A DNA stretch of 58,224 nt, the filler included, from Squatina squatina (lineage: Eukaryota), in the NCBI GenBank assembly GCA_031763465.1. It is 3 parts of 3 records of this genome, joined end to end, with 100 filler letters (N's around TTAATTAATTAA, not from the genome) between each part and the next. Parts side by side here need not be neighbours in the genome. Positions count along the whole stretch, not along the records: positions 36,812 to 58,224 come from JARFOE010000162.1; 2 more parts are not named here. One strand, 5' to 3'. Position numbers and translations under genes: made by a program. The notes under the pieces are model-generated. The model worked only from the letters and a program-made list of their open reading frames with translations, did not search any database and had not been told where the DNA came from. Positions 44,930-58,224 of this stretch are shown here, one piece after another; position 1 is the stretch's first letter, and every line of letters begins with the position of its first letter.

Positions 44930-47900
44930 TATGGAGAGTAAAAATGTAAATAATTAGGGCATAAAACTATTTTAACATTGTTCAACATTTAAAAATTTTG
45001 CTTAATGTATTATTCCATGAACAACCCCATGAGGAAAATTATACAATGGACTACTTCAACAGAATCTTAATTTTGTAAAGCCTTTTCATTGATACGTAGT
45101 GATATTCATTGGAGAAGAACAGGTGCAAGAATATGGCGAAGAGGATGAGTGCTGAGGTATTTATTAGAACAGGCACCAAGATGAATAAGGTTAAAACCTG
45201 ATGGCCTGAGAAAAATGTAGGAGGGCAGATTAGAGGAGGACCTGCAGGGATAATGCTGGGATCATCAGGAGGTAAGCATAGGTGACTAGAAAGAATAAGG
45301 GTTGTGTGGAATCACAAAGGAGTAGGTGATGATGAGTCGGGAGGCTGTCAATCGTATCTGACACCGAAATTAACCTTGGGTCACTTCGGAACACAAACAA
45401 GGAAATAGGAAACAATGATAATTAGCTATTCAAGGCTTCGCTATACGACTTAAAAAACAAAATCACTTGGGTGTGCAGTAGGCCTTTAAAGCATACAGAC
45501 AGTGAGATTTATACTGCTTTCCTTACATGGAAATTCCTCATTTGAGTTTTATTTTAATCCAGTAAAGATCCTTTATAGCAAATGGTTTNNNNNNNNNNAA
45601 CAATGTAATCCCATCTTCAGGATAACTTTAGTCAGCATTAAGCTTTCTAAAACTATTTTCCTGTGTTCTGTATCGGATCAAAATAAACCATTTGTCAACA
45701 TCTTCTTAAATGCCATAATTTTCTGTATTTTAAAGATTAATCCAAATTTAGTACCACTGTTAATCATTAATATTTAAAGCACATTTTTGAGGTGAAAAAA
45801 TTTCTGAATAATCCACAATATTTAAATTATGTAACATCTGCTCAAATGATTTTTTTTCCACAGTTGCACTTGAGTTTTGGCATTGCTTTTGTCTTCATTG
45901 GAGCTCAATCTGCAACACAAAATGGATCCAAATTTAGGAAGCTAACTGCTCTTGAAAAGAGTCAGGAATGTGACTGTGGAGAGCGTGTAAACATAAATGT
46001 GGCACATGCTCTTTTCCCAGCATCACAACCTAAATGGGTAATGAAGCCATGCTCAGATCCTAGTTATGGTCATTAACCTATTAATACAGACTTAAAATTT
46101 GTCTCATAACATTGTACGTTAATTAGAAATTCTCCACATAACCAAAATAAACAGAATTATCGTTCCTTTTCAAAGTGAGAGAGCATGGCCACTTCTTCCT
46201 TTTTAATTTGCTTTTGTGTCTAATTTTTAAGTTTCAATAATTTTTCTGTGGTTCCCCCTCCACAATAAATTAGCGCTACTTGTTAATTAAAAGGTGGTTA
46301 CAAGGGCAAATCCTTTTGCTCCTCTAAATTCTCTACAAATGTTAGCCCTCACCTCGTTCACATTAAAAGAGCAATTGAGAAAAAAATCCACCCAACTTTC
46401 AATCTGCATTACCAGTATGGGCAATACTTGAGCAAGTCTCTCAGACATAAATTTTACAGATTAAAGCTACTATTGCAGACAACAATTGCCAGCANNNNNN
46501 NNNNTATATGTATGGATACATTAACTAATCTACCATCTTCCCTTTTACCTTTGTGTTTTACATTTGAAGTATCAATATCTATCTGTGATAACCTCAACAA
46601 GTGAATAAAATAATATTTTCCTTTTTCATGCAAAGCAGGAATTGTCAATATGTCAAATGAAGTGCAGCCAAGCGTTTGGGATGCAAACCCCTTAAACTTC
46701 CTCAGGCAATATGTTCACCCAGCATGAAGCGCAGCACTGCTCCACAATATCACTGTAGAAAATAACAAGATTGACAAGAATCTGCACAAGGACTTCTGTT
46801 TCCACTCTATCCACTGAATGAGCATCTAATGGCTTGTAAGAAAAAAGAACTTACTGCCTACAACAGCAGACTGAAGTGACATCAAGCAGATATATTTACA
46901 TATTGATAATTTGCCATCTGATTATGCTTTACCATGCTGGAAACATTTTCTGCACATAATTTGAATGCAATGCTTGTCTGAATGTCAGCATCATTCTGGT
47001 TTAAAAAGTATGAGCCATTTCACTCAGATGTATAAGTCACATTTTTATCTACTGGGGAAATAGTTGATATAACATAAATATCATAAGAACATCAGAATTA
47101 GAAGCAGGAATAGGCCATTCGGCCCCTCGAACCTGCTTCGCCATTCCACAAGATCATGGCTGATCTTCTACCTCAATGCCATTTTCATGCACTATCCCCA
47201 TATCCTTTCATTCCCTTAATATCGGCACAGTCTTTGCTCCAAATGTTCAGGGGTAAATCTTGCCCACCGACCGATTATCTTGGTGCATTTTCTTCTTCTG
47301 GCAGGTAAATAGAAAGAAAGACTTGCATTTATATAGCGCCTTTCACTACCTCTCAAAGCACCTTACAGCCGATGAAGTACTTTTGATGTGTAGTTGCTGT
47401 TGTAATATAGGAAGCGTGGCGGCCTACTACGCATAACAGTGTAACAATGAGCAGGTAATCTGTGATGTGGGTTGAACCCATGACCTTCNNNNNNNNNNNN
47501 NNNNNNNNNNNNNNNNNNNNNNNNNNNNNNNNNNNNNNNNNNNNNNNNNNNNNNNNNNNNNNNNNNNNNNNNNNNNNNNNNNNNNNNNAGTAGGGTGGCT
47601 TATGTTCATTTGTGAGTTCTTTATAATAAAGAAAAATATGCAGTGAACGTGCAGTTTTTCTTTGGGTAGATGACAATCTTGAAAATTAGAACAGGAGTGT
47701 ATTAATATTTGCAAAGGTTCCGACATAGAATATCTCAAAAACCGTTGATCTAAATTACATTGCACTACCTGGCAAAGATCTGCAAAGTTTTCTGCTTATT
47801 GAAGAAAAGCCAACATGTCTTCGAGAGCCAGGAAGCAGAAACTAAGTCTGGATACATTCAGTATAAAGGATATCTGCCTTCTCCGTACCCTTGTCCTTCT

Positions 47901-48344
47901 CCTCTACCTGTTCCTTCATTATCATTTCTTCCATTATCATTTCAATCGTTCTTACTTGCCCATCCTGTGATGTTGCATATAGTTTTATCATTTTTCCATA
48001 TTTTAGATATGGAGGAAGATTTTCTCTATATGCTATTGTGCAGTAAATACCTAATCTTGTTCTTTTTAAACGAGTTTTATTAATAGATAGGGTGCAGAGG
48101 AAATCTTTATCCATGGTCTGAACAGGATTAAACAACAAGGACAACTTGCCTTCTTTGATCTGCTTGAAAATTAAAATGGATAGCCCTCCCCTTTAATGAG
48201 ATTTTATCTGTCTCTTGAAAGTATGTACATGTACATTCTGCATNNNNNNNNNNNNNNNNNNNNNNNNNNNNNNNNNNNNNNNNNNNNNNNNNNNNNNNNN
48301 NNNNNNNNNNNNNNNNNNNNNNNNNNNNNNNNNNNNNNNNNNNT

Positions 48345-48900
48345 TATTGCGAATGCTCCACGCATTAAGACACAAAGCCTTAAGGGTTGTCTTTTTAACA
48401 TTCTTAGTCAACTTAGCATTATTTCGCACTATGGCCCCATTTATTTCTCGCCCTTGATTTCTAGGCCTTCCACTTTTGCCTTTTTTTTCCCCCTGTCTTT
48501 TGTTACTATTCTTTTTTCCCCTTCCTCTGTCTTCCTGCTCAGGTTCCCATCTTCTTAAATGCAGTTATGCTATTTGCCTTAACTACTCTTTGTGGAAACG
48601 AGCTCCACATTCTTAACACTCTATGGGTAAGGAAGTTTCTCCTGTACTGCCTATTGGATTTGTTGGCGACTATCTTAGATTTATGGCCCCAAGTTCTGGT
48701 CTCTACCAAAAGTGAAAATACCTTCTCTACTTCTACCCTGTCAAACACCTTCCTAATTTTAAAAACTTCTATCAGATCACCCCTGAGCCTTCTATTTTGT
48801 AGAGAAAAAAGCCCTACACTGTTCAGCCTTTCCTGTTGAGTATAACCTCTCAGTTCTGGTATTGTCCATGTAAATCTTTAATTCATCTTCACCAGCTTCT
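48345..48900 (-). mobile_element. CR1-clade LINE fragments
   Basis: Minus strand reads LKALCLNAWSIRN (endonuclease start) and VFSLLVETRTWGHKSKI..RRNFLTHRVLRMWSSFPQRVV (ORF2 C-terminus). Confidence 0.65.
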
Positions 48901-50199
48901 GAGAAATTAAGGAGCAATTTATACATTTATAAAACTTATATAACAGATTTTATGGCAATTAAAAAAAAAAAATTTCATTTTCTGCAAAGTTCTTGTAGAA
49001 TTTGCTCTAATGAAATGCCAGCACAGCAATCTTGTTACCCTGGTAAACACTCAGCAATGTCTACACAGTTGTAAAATCTTGGCAATATGTTCCAATGTTA
49101 AACTGTTCGCACATTGTAATTATTTTACTGTGCTGTTATGGTAGGCATTGTACACTGGTAAAACTTGCTGACTGTTTTCCTGGGTAATACTTACACTTGA
49201 AAATGTTTTACAAGCACCTCGAGACAAGTTACTACTTTGCCTAAGGATAGGACAAAAACAATTACTGTGCAAACAGATATTAAATTAACACGTTTACTAA
49301 TAAGTTAATAGTTTATACATCTATTTAGATGTTTCAGCCATCACTGAGAATAACAATGAATAGAATAATCTATAGTTAGAATCTATACACAACACACAGA
49401 ATGGTCCTTAATATTCTCTGGAATAATCAGCTTCTTTCCCATATTATATAACTGTTATGTAGACTTTATAGGGCTGTCTGAATAATATCAGACAAGTTCT
49501 GGGAACATTTAATATTTGAAACTGGTACAGCTTGAGAGTCACCCAGTTGATGAGGTTACTTTGATTTGTGCTTGAATTGCACCCAGCTGGTGGAGCCAAC
49601 TATGCTTTCCTTACACGATCCAACATGATGAATGAACACAGTATTTGCAGAATATGAAAACCAATTCCTTTACATAAGTGCTCCATATGCACATGGGACA
49701 CTTACACTGGAACATGCAGAAACTATAGGGAATTACCTCTAAATGAGACTGAAATCTGTATTACTCTTCACATAAGGGTATTTGTGGTCTTAGAAAAGGA
49801 GCCCTTTATAGCAACATCTGAAACCCAATTATATTTTAGTAGAATTTTTGGCACGCTAAGTCACTTCTACAATCACTTTCTCTGCCAGCTTTCCTACAAA
49901 CCATTTTATTTTTTCATGAAAACCTAAGGAAAAAATATATTGGAAGATTTCCACGCAATTATGGAAGCATTAGTTATCTCTTACAAGAAGAATTAGGGTG
50001 TGGGGAATAAAACCACTATAGGTGGAAGCTGCAGTCTTCTTTAATTTATCTTTTGATGGGGGATTGGTGTCATGTTTTGAATGGTGAAATTCCACACTTC
50101 ACATTTAGAATGGGAGGCACAAAACATTAATAGTAGTTGTATTTTATTCATTTCTTTATAGGTTCCAATGAATATAATATATTGCAACTACAACTTTAA

Positions 50200-50601
50200 A
50201 ATTTTTTATTCATTCACAGGATGTGGGCATTGCTGGCAAGGCTGGCATTTATTGCCCATCCCTAATTGCCTTTGAGGTGGTGGTGAACTGCTTTATACAA
50301 TTGAGCGGCCTGCTAGGCCATTTCAGAGGGCAGTTAAGAGTCAACCACATGGCTGTGGGTCTGGAGTCACGTATAGGCCAGACTGGGTAAGGGTGGCAGA
50401 TTTCCTTTCCTAAAGGACATTAGTGAACCAGATGGGTTTTCACGACATACTGGTAGTTTCATTGTCACCATTACTGATACTAGCTTTATTTCTAAAAATT
50501 TAACTGCACTTAAGTTCCCCAGCTGCTCTGAGTGGGATTTGAACTCATGTCCCTGGGTCATTAGTCCAGGCGTCTGGATTACTAGTCCAGTATCATAAAC
50601 A
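50200..50601 (-). repeat. tRNA-headed SINE-like dispersed repeat (second family)
   Basis: GGGATTTGAACTC (B-box on minus strand). The GGCATTTATTGCCCATCCCTA motif also occurs inverted at ~8572-8600. Confidence 0.5.
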
Positions 50602-50849
50602 NNNNNNNNNNNNNNNNNNNNNNNNNNNNNNNNNNNNNNNNNNNNNNNNNNNNNNNNNNNNNNNNNNNNNNNNNNNNNNNNNNNNNNNNNNNNNNNNNNN
50701 NNNNNNNNNNNNNNNNNNNNNNNNNNNNNNNNNNNNNNNNNNNNNNNNNNNNNNNNNNNNNNNNNNNNNNNNNNNNNNNNNNNNNNNNNNNNNNNNNNNN
50801 NNNNAAACCACACTGTTACTTGGTACAAAGTTCAGGGAAGACAAACTCC

Positions 50850-52548
50850 GATTGTATCACTAAATGGAGACTACAATGATCACCAAAACTCAAGGAAAAG
50901 GAAGCAGGTCTACAGACAACTGAAGGCCGAGGGCCATCAAAAAACTCGGGGCCTAAAGAATAGGTGGTGGGTGGAAAGAGCGCAGGAGATCCAGCAATTC
51001 GCCGACAACCACGACATGTGTGGATTCTTCAGTGCAGTCAAGACCATCTACAACCCAAGAACCTACCTCGCTAAGAGCTAATAATGGAGAGGTGCTCATC
51101 AAGGACAGAGAGGCAGTCAGCACCCGCTGGAAGAAGCACTTCGAGGATCTCCTCAACCAAGACACGGTCTTCGATGCGAGTGTCCTTGGCTCCATCCCAC
51201 AGCATGCTACCCGCCACTATCTTGGCACATCTCCTGCCCAACTCAAGGTTGAAAAGGCCATCTGACAGCTGAGATACAACAAGGCCTCCGGGGCTGATGA
51301 AATCCCCACTGAAATACTAAAACATGGCGGAGAAGTAGTCATCGCATGAATTCGTGACATCATCTCCCTTATCTGGAACGAGGGCAGCATGCCAGGGAGT
51401 CTCAGGGACGCCGGAATCATCACCATCTTCAAGAAAGGAGACAAGTCCAATTGCGGTAACTACAGAGAAGTCTCCTTGCTGTCCGCCACAGNNNNNNNNN
51501 NNNNNNNNNNNNNNNNNNNNNNNNNNNNNNNNNNNNNNNNNNNNNNNNNNNNNNNNNNNNNNNNNNNNNNNNNNNNNNNNNNNNNNNNNNNAAAACAACA
51601 AGGCCTCCAGCGCAGACTGAATCCCCACTGAAATACTAAAGTATGGCAGAGAGGCACTCATGGCACGAATTTACGACCTCACCTCCCTCATTTGGGAGGA
51701 GGAGAGCATGCCAGGGGATTTCCGAGATGCTTATCTTCAAGAAAGGAGACAAGTCCGATTGTGGAAACTACAGAGGTGTGTCCCTGCTGTCCACCACAGG
51801 GAAGGTCATCGTAAGAATCCTCCTCAATCATCTCCTTCCAGTGGCTGAAGAGCTTCTTCCCGAGTCACAATGCAAATTCCGCCCATCAAGAGGCACAATG
51901 GACATGATCTTCAGCGAGCGGCAGGTCCAAGAAAGGTGCAGAGAGCAGCATCATCTTCTGTACATGGCCTTCTTTGACCTCAGAAAGGCCTTCGACTCGG
52001 TCAACCTGGAGGGATTATGGAGGGTCCTCCTCAAGTTTGGCTGCCTGCAAAAATTTGTCACCATCCTCCGCCTGCTCCACGATGACATGCAAGCTGTGAT
52101 CCTCACCAATGGCTCAACCACAGACCCAATTAAAGTGCATACTGGGGTCAAGCAAGGCTGTGTCATCGCACCGACGCTCCTCTCCATCTTCCTCGCCGCA
52201 ACACTCCATCCCATCTCCCTGAAGCTCCCCGCTGGAGTGGAGCTGATCTACAAGACGAGTGAGAAACTGTTCAACCTCCGCCACCTCCAGTCCAGAACCA
52301 AGACCACCCCAACCTCCATCATCAAGCTGCAGTATGCAGATGACGCTTGCGTGTGCGCACACTCGGAGGCTGAGCTCCAATTCATCATCGATTTATTCAC
52401 CGGGGCATACGAGAGAATGGGCCACACACTGAACATCCTTAAGACAAATGCCCTACACCAGCCTGCCCCAGCCACACACCACCAACCCCCACATATCAAG
52501 AGCCACGGCAAGCCTCTGGACAATGTGGAACACTTTCCGTACCTTGGG
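50850..52548 (+). mobile_element. RTE-clade LINE ORF with reverse transcriptase domain (two copies juxtaposed across a gap)
   Basis: Reads IFKKGDKSDCGNYRGVSLLSTTGKV..LLPESQCKFRPSRGTMDMIF..FFDLRKAFDSV..GVKQGCVIAPTL..LQYADD..VEHFPYLG. The upstream part has stops. Confidence 0.92.
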
Positions 52549-52648
52549 NNNNNNNNNNNNNNNNNNNNNNNNNNNNNNNNNNNNNNNNNNNNNNNNNNNN
52601 NNNNNNNNNNNNNNNNNNNNNNNNNNNNNNNNNNNNNNNNNNNNNNNN

Positions 52649-52945
52649 GTATGTCCTTCCTCAGAAAAGGAGACCAAAACTGCACAGTACTCCAGGTGTG
52701 GTATCACTAAAGCCCTGTAGAATTTTAGTAAGACTTCCTTACTTTCTTATACTTGTACTCCAACCTCCTTGCAATAAAAGCCAAAATGCCATTTGCCTTC
52801 CTAATTGCTTGCTGTACCTGCATGCTAACTTTCTGTGTTTCTTATATGAAGACACCTAAATCTCTCTGAACATCAACATTTAATAGCTTCTCACTATTTA
52901 TACTGTTTTTTATATTCTTCCTACCAAATTGAATAACCTCAAATT
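52649..52945 (-). mobile_element. CR1-clade LINE fragment
   Basis: Minus strand reads LVIPHLEYCAVLVS, a CR1 RPHLEYCVQFW-like motif. Confidence 0.6.
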
Positions 52946-53519
52946 TTTTTAATTAGCTGATCTCAAACTGTGCATGGTGAGTACATTATAATTGACCTTG
53001 TTGCCCAACATGAGTGGGGGTAAAAGCAACCATGATTCCTGTTCATGTTCACTATCCAGTTGGCTACTGTTGAAAAGTCCATGTGTGAATAGCGAGTGAG
53101 GACAGGATTCAGCTTGGCTGTGAGGCCAATCCTCCCATCTCCTCTCCTCTCAAGGACAAATAGCCTGCCTAGATTGTGATTGTCAGTCGGCTAATACATG
53201 AAAAATGGCCACTTGGGTGAGTTACTTGAGAGCTGAATGCATGTGGAATTGTACCCCAAAATCAGTCAATACTCCAGGAGTGAAAAATGGGGAAAACGCA
53301 CACAAACTTTGTCATGAATACTCTAGCATTCACCTGAATAAAGTGCATCTCAAACGACAGATTTGCCCAGCATTCTGTTTCAAAACCAAATGAAACAAAA
53401 AAGCAGATCTAAAATACTTCTGGATGTAGAGATCACATTACTCTGACTGTGACTGTGCCAAGAGGCTCATAAATAATTGGTACATGGAGTGGATTTTGAA
53501 GTGCTGATGTTATCATGAG

Positions 53520-54122
53520 AGTCTGCAGAAGATCAGGAAAATGGAAATGAAACTCCAGATGTTTCTCTTTACCAATTGGATTATGCCGCAGAGTACTACG
53601 GGCAAATGCCCCAGTGAGTTGTTCAGAAGGCGAATCAGGAGCCGACTCGACAATGTCAGACCGAACCTCTGGAAATCGGTGCAAAAGTATCAATCCGGAA
53701 TGAAGCGTCACGCCGACAGCCACGCGAAGCAAAGGGAGTTCAACCTCCAGGACCTGGTCGTTGCCAGGAATTTTGCGCCAGGACCAACGTGGTTGCGAGG
53801 CAAGGTCGTGGACATCCTCATCGAGTCCATGTACGTGGTAGAATTGGAAGGGGGAAGACAGGTACGGCGCCACGCGGACCAGCTGAAAAAAATATTGGGC
53901 ATTGAGCTGGAAGGTGTCACCCAAGAACCCCAAGAAGCAGAGGAGGAGAACCTGCAGCCGATGCTGCCCATGCATTGGGCTGTGGTAGCACCACTGCCTC
54001 AGCCTGAGCTCCAAGGTCAGGGTCAGGGAAATCAGGGTGTGAATGAAGCGCAGGTAGCACCCAGAGCACAGGACATGCCCCTACTGGACAGGAAGGTGTC
54101 ACACAGGGTAAAGACACCCTAG
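53520..54122 (+). mobile_element. Ty3/Gypsy LTR retrotransposon remnant (integrase C-terminus)
   Basis: Reads KLQMFLFTNWIMPQSTTGKCPSELFRRRIRSRLDNVRP...REFNLQDLVVARNFAPGPTWLRGKVV..SMYVVELEGGRQVRRHADQLK. Confidence 0.85.
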
Positions 54123-57100
54123 GTCAGGTTAAAAGATTTTGGGTGGCCAATTCAGGTTTTTAAAGTTTGTAGCGCTAAGCNNNNNNNNNNNNNNNNNNNN
54201 NNNNNNNNNNNNNNNNNNNNNNNNNNNNNNNNNNNNNNNNNNNNNNNNNNNNNNNNNNNNNNNNNNNNNNNNNNNNNNNNGGATATGGGGAGAAAGCAGG
54301 AACAGGGTACTGAATTTGGATGATCAGCCATGATCATAGTGAATGGCGGAGCAGGCTTGAAGGGCCGAATGGCCTACTCCTGCTATTTTCTATGTTTCTA
54401 TGAAATCTGTTGACGAGACAAAAAGGGTGAACGTTAGGGAGAGAAAGCAAGAAACAAATGATAGAGCACAAGAGAAATAGAAGTGAAGGAGGAAAGTGAC
54501 AAAAACAAAGATAAAGGAGGAGAAAGAGATGTTTATATCATTATATGTAATATGTTATGTAATTTTATGCTAAAAGAGCCACACCAATTTCTCTTTTTTT
54601 CCTTCTTAATGTGTATCATAGAATCACCTGTTATCATTTGCAGCTAACACTTTAGTACTTCACATTATAAATCAAGTAAGAATGAAATACTTTAAAAGGC
54701 AGAAATTGTGAAATTGAATACATTGTCTAAAATGACAATCTTCATCAGAAACTTGTGCATTATTTAAAAAAAATGCAACTATTAATAAACCATGTAATTA
54801 ATGTAATTTTGAGAGGTTACCATGTGCACCTATGGTGTGTTGTCTGTGTGAACCATGTTGCAGGGATACATATGGCTCTCTTATTTAACTCACATATATT
54901 TACTACTCAATTTCAGAACGTTAGATCGACGGGACAGCCCTAAACATGATACTCTGTATCCCACATATTCACCATCTGGTATGCATAGATATAATTACTG
55001 AACACGATGCTTCATATTTACTTTACACAAGAGGGATAGTTGACTTCCACATTTGTTTACCAAGCAGTTATTGGCCTCCAGAATTAAGGTTTGATCCTCC
55101 CTCAGGGAGACAGCTAAAAATCAGATGCACATCGTTGACCNNNNNNNNNNNNNNNNNNNNNNNNNNNNNNNNNNNNNNNNNNNNNNNNNNNNNNNNNNNN
55201 NNNNNNNNNNNNNNNNNNNNNNNNNNNNNNNNNNNNNNNNTATTACATTGACTTCAAAATACTCCAGGATGTTTGGTGTACATCAGAAATCAATTAGTAA
55301 TCTGGTATTATCCTTTTCAGTAAATACTTCTAGAAAATATGAATAGCTATTTTATGCCAATACCCAAATGTACTGTTCAGTCGCAATGTGGGAGATGGAG
55401 TGAGTGTAAACTTTAGTTCTGTGACAGGCAAAGTTCTCCCCTCGTCAGATTGTTGTGATTTCATTTTTGCAATTGTTGTAATTCTTCTCAAATAGAAAAT
55501 GTATATTGGAAAAGATTATTAAACGTACAATGAAAGATTAACTATTATGAATACAGCTGCCAAAACTCTGGATGGCATTGCTACTAAATGGATTAAAGGA
55601 GTGTTGTATGAAAACTGTAAAATAGGCAAGCCAGAACTTAAAGACAGATGTATCCAGTCAGGGTGATTAAGCACAGGGAGTATCCTCAATGTGCTGCATA
55701 AATGATCAGGTTCAGCAATGACACCATGTTTGGATAGATTCATGGTTTTCTTGTGGATAGTGGCAGTGCGCTTTTAAAAGCTGGCGTCATGCTAATAACC
55801 CAGGCTTGTACACAAACAAATTAGACGTCATATTATGAAGAGTCCAAAATTTCAACAGGGTTGCATATTGTTCACTTGACCCTACACTGTTGGACTTGAT
55901 AAACTATGACATGGAAGCTTTTAATTACAGCTGTGACAAAAATTAATGGATACAGTACCACCCCTCCCTAACCTGGTTTCCAAATGTTGCTGCACCACAC
56001 TCCAAAACATCTTCCCTGTTTGAATTGTGTGCCAGTCATCTGTTTCTCATTTGGTGATTGGCCAGTTTTACAGTGCAGCAGTTTCCTTCTTAATAATTGT
56101 TCAGACCAGATGTCAAATCAAAATTAGCCTCAATATCACAAAAAGACCGTAATCTTTTGAAATTACCCTTTCANNNNNNNNNNNNNNNNNNNNNNNNNNN
56201 NNNNNNNNNNNNNNNNNNNNNNNNNNNNNNNNNNNNNNNNNNNNNNNNNNNNNNNNNNNNNNNNNNNNNNNNNCCAATGACTAAAACAAATTTGTGAAAA
56301 TCAACTGATTAACAGATACTAGCAAATGTCGGAGTGCACATAAAACAGAATAGAAATGCACTAGAAGAACAGAAAGACCTGCTGTAAAGATCAGAAGAAG
56401 AGAAACAAAATGAACAAACTGCCACATTCAGCAAATGGGAGACAAAAAGAGCTCAGAGAAAATCACTGCAAAATTACTGAAACAAATCTGCCTGCAAAGG
56501 AAACCTGTGAACACATTAACAGCAGAACCATTGAGAAAACCATACATCAAATCACCATGTTCATATTCCATGATAAAGACAATTCACCAGCAGCAGATTA
56601 ACACCACCACTTGTCAGTCAAATCATTGGTTTGGAACTCTCAGGAATGAACTCAAGAAGGAAGAAACATATAAATAGTAATAACTTACTGCTGTAAAGCC
56701 CACTTTAATTTGTGGTGGTAACCTTTTAAAAGAATCTTCAAAAAACTTAAAACTTCAAGCCACTTAAGTATGCGAGTGGGAGCTTTCCTCAGAATTCCAT
56801 TACAAGCTGATCCTCTTTAATCTTTAATTCCTTTCTTTTTCTGTTCTCTTTCCATCTATGATAAGCGCCTAAAGGAAGATCTGAATTATGGTTCTTCCAT
56901 GGGTATGAGCTTTTTATTTACGTAGTTTAATGGTTGTTGGAAAACATCAATATAATTTGTGGAGACAAGCATCTATGTTGATGTACGGACCCTTGTGATC
57001 TGCTCTGAATTCTTTGTATGTTAGTTTATTCTTGATTTTTTTTAATTAACTTATTATTATTATTCAGTTTTTATATACTTTGAAAGGAGGAGAATCAGAT

Positions 57101-58224
57101 GAAAAAAATAGTGTAAGAAACAAAAAGATAAATAGCAAGTCCTGACTTGGAGTGCAATGCATTTGATGAATGCTGAAGACAAGGGACCAGAAATGTCTTG
57201 AAGCAATTATTTCAACCATAGTGAGACAAAACAGTTTAGAAACACTTTTCCACTAATTGGGCAAAGTTCAGGGTGACTGTTTTACAGATTATATTCAAAA
57301 GCTTTTATAACATGCCTACTAGTGTCCTTGCACCTAAAAAAAAAGCTTAATTTTTGGAGCCTCCTCGAAGGCACAAATAGCGGAAACTCCCAATGGTGAT
57401 TAAGTCCATGTGGTGCACGGTCAGTTTTGTGGGCGAGGCCAGCTTCTCGCGCAATGATTTTAAAACTAGTGCAAAAGATCGCGGAAACTCAAGTTGCACT
57501 GAACAGAATTTGCGTTTAAAATTCCACGATCTTTTACGCCGGTTTGGACGATTTCAGGTGAATTGCGCTGTAAAAAAAAAACAGGGCGACCGAGCAGAAA
57601 CCCCAGTCCAACAATCTTATTTTCTGCTGGACATTTACAGTGAGAGGATTCTCTGTTCCAACCCAGGCTGAAATGTTACACCCCAATTATTTAGTAATTT
57701 TCATTAATTAAAAAAAATCGAAAGTTAATACACCCAATACTATTTAACTGTCTGCCACATGATCAACACTCGAAAACTGTTGCTGAGTAAAGTAATAATG
57801 AGAATAATTGTGGAGGGAATTCCACAGGGTCTGCTATTATAATAACATAATCATCTGGGATAAAGATCCTGCTGTTGGTGCATTTGGCAGTTATTAAGGA
57901 TTACTGGATTAAACAAAAATAAGGTATCAGTGAAGAAACTCTATATTCGCTGAATCCTAATCAGTAATAGCGGCAAAAAGTAGTGCTAACTACACAGTTT
58001 CTTAATGCTATAAATGTAATTTATTTATAAAAGATCCAAAGATGAAAATGTCAAAAAATTCTCGGAGGTGCTCGATTTTTTTTTGTCAGATGTAGCTTGC
58101 TTTGCGCTTTCCAATTATTCAATTTTTATAGGAGTTGGTTTCATATATTGTCGAGCAAAAAATAATTCTGAAGGGTGTTTAGGAAAGTGTGCGAACTTTT
58201 CGCGACCTCTACCCAAAGAACTAC

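Noticed and set aside
47769-47847. Possible small minus-strand exon (tatccag...gtagtg)
   Set aside because: Weak splice sites and no recognisable peptide.
56410-56677. Overlapping A-rich ORFs
   Set aside because: No recognisable domain or splice structure; likely decayed repeat or chance ORFs.

Overview
Vertebrate genomic DNA, not prokaryotic. The repeats (DeuSINE/SacSINE1-like SINEs, CR1, L2, RTE, Harbinger) suggest a shark or other cartilaginous fish. The draft assembly is heavily gapped, with many fixed 100-N gaps. Two artificial linkers (44 N + TTAATTAATTAA + 44 N) at 23785-23884 and 36712-36811 join three separate loci. Block 1 (1-23784) holds five minus-strand DGKZ exons and one CREB3L1 exon. 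Block 2 (23885-36711) holds NCKAP1 exons 2, 4 and 5, the 18-nt NCKAP1 QGQVWK microexon with an upstream TGC motif (all minus), DUSP19 exon 1 and the last NUP35 exon (plus). Block 3 (36812-58224) holds two RPN2 exons (minus) followed by repeat-rich DNA. Every gene is partial; the missing exons probably lie in collapsed gaps or beyond block edges. Other elements include two decayed PIF/Harbinger transposons with intron-containing Myb/SANT genes, several MITEs, an RTE-clade reverse transcriptase, a Gypsy integrase remnant and a minisatellite. Gene identities come from recalled vertebrate protein sequences plus splice sites and phase read from the DNA; no database search was run. I found no convincing new biological system. 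The best leads are the conserved microexon, the zeta/iota mosaic DGK, and the Harbinger elements.
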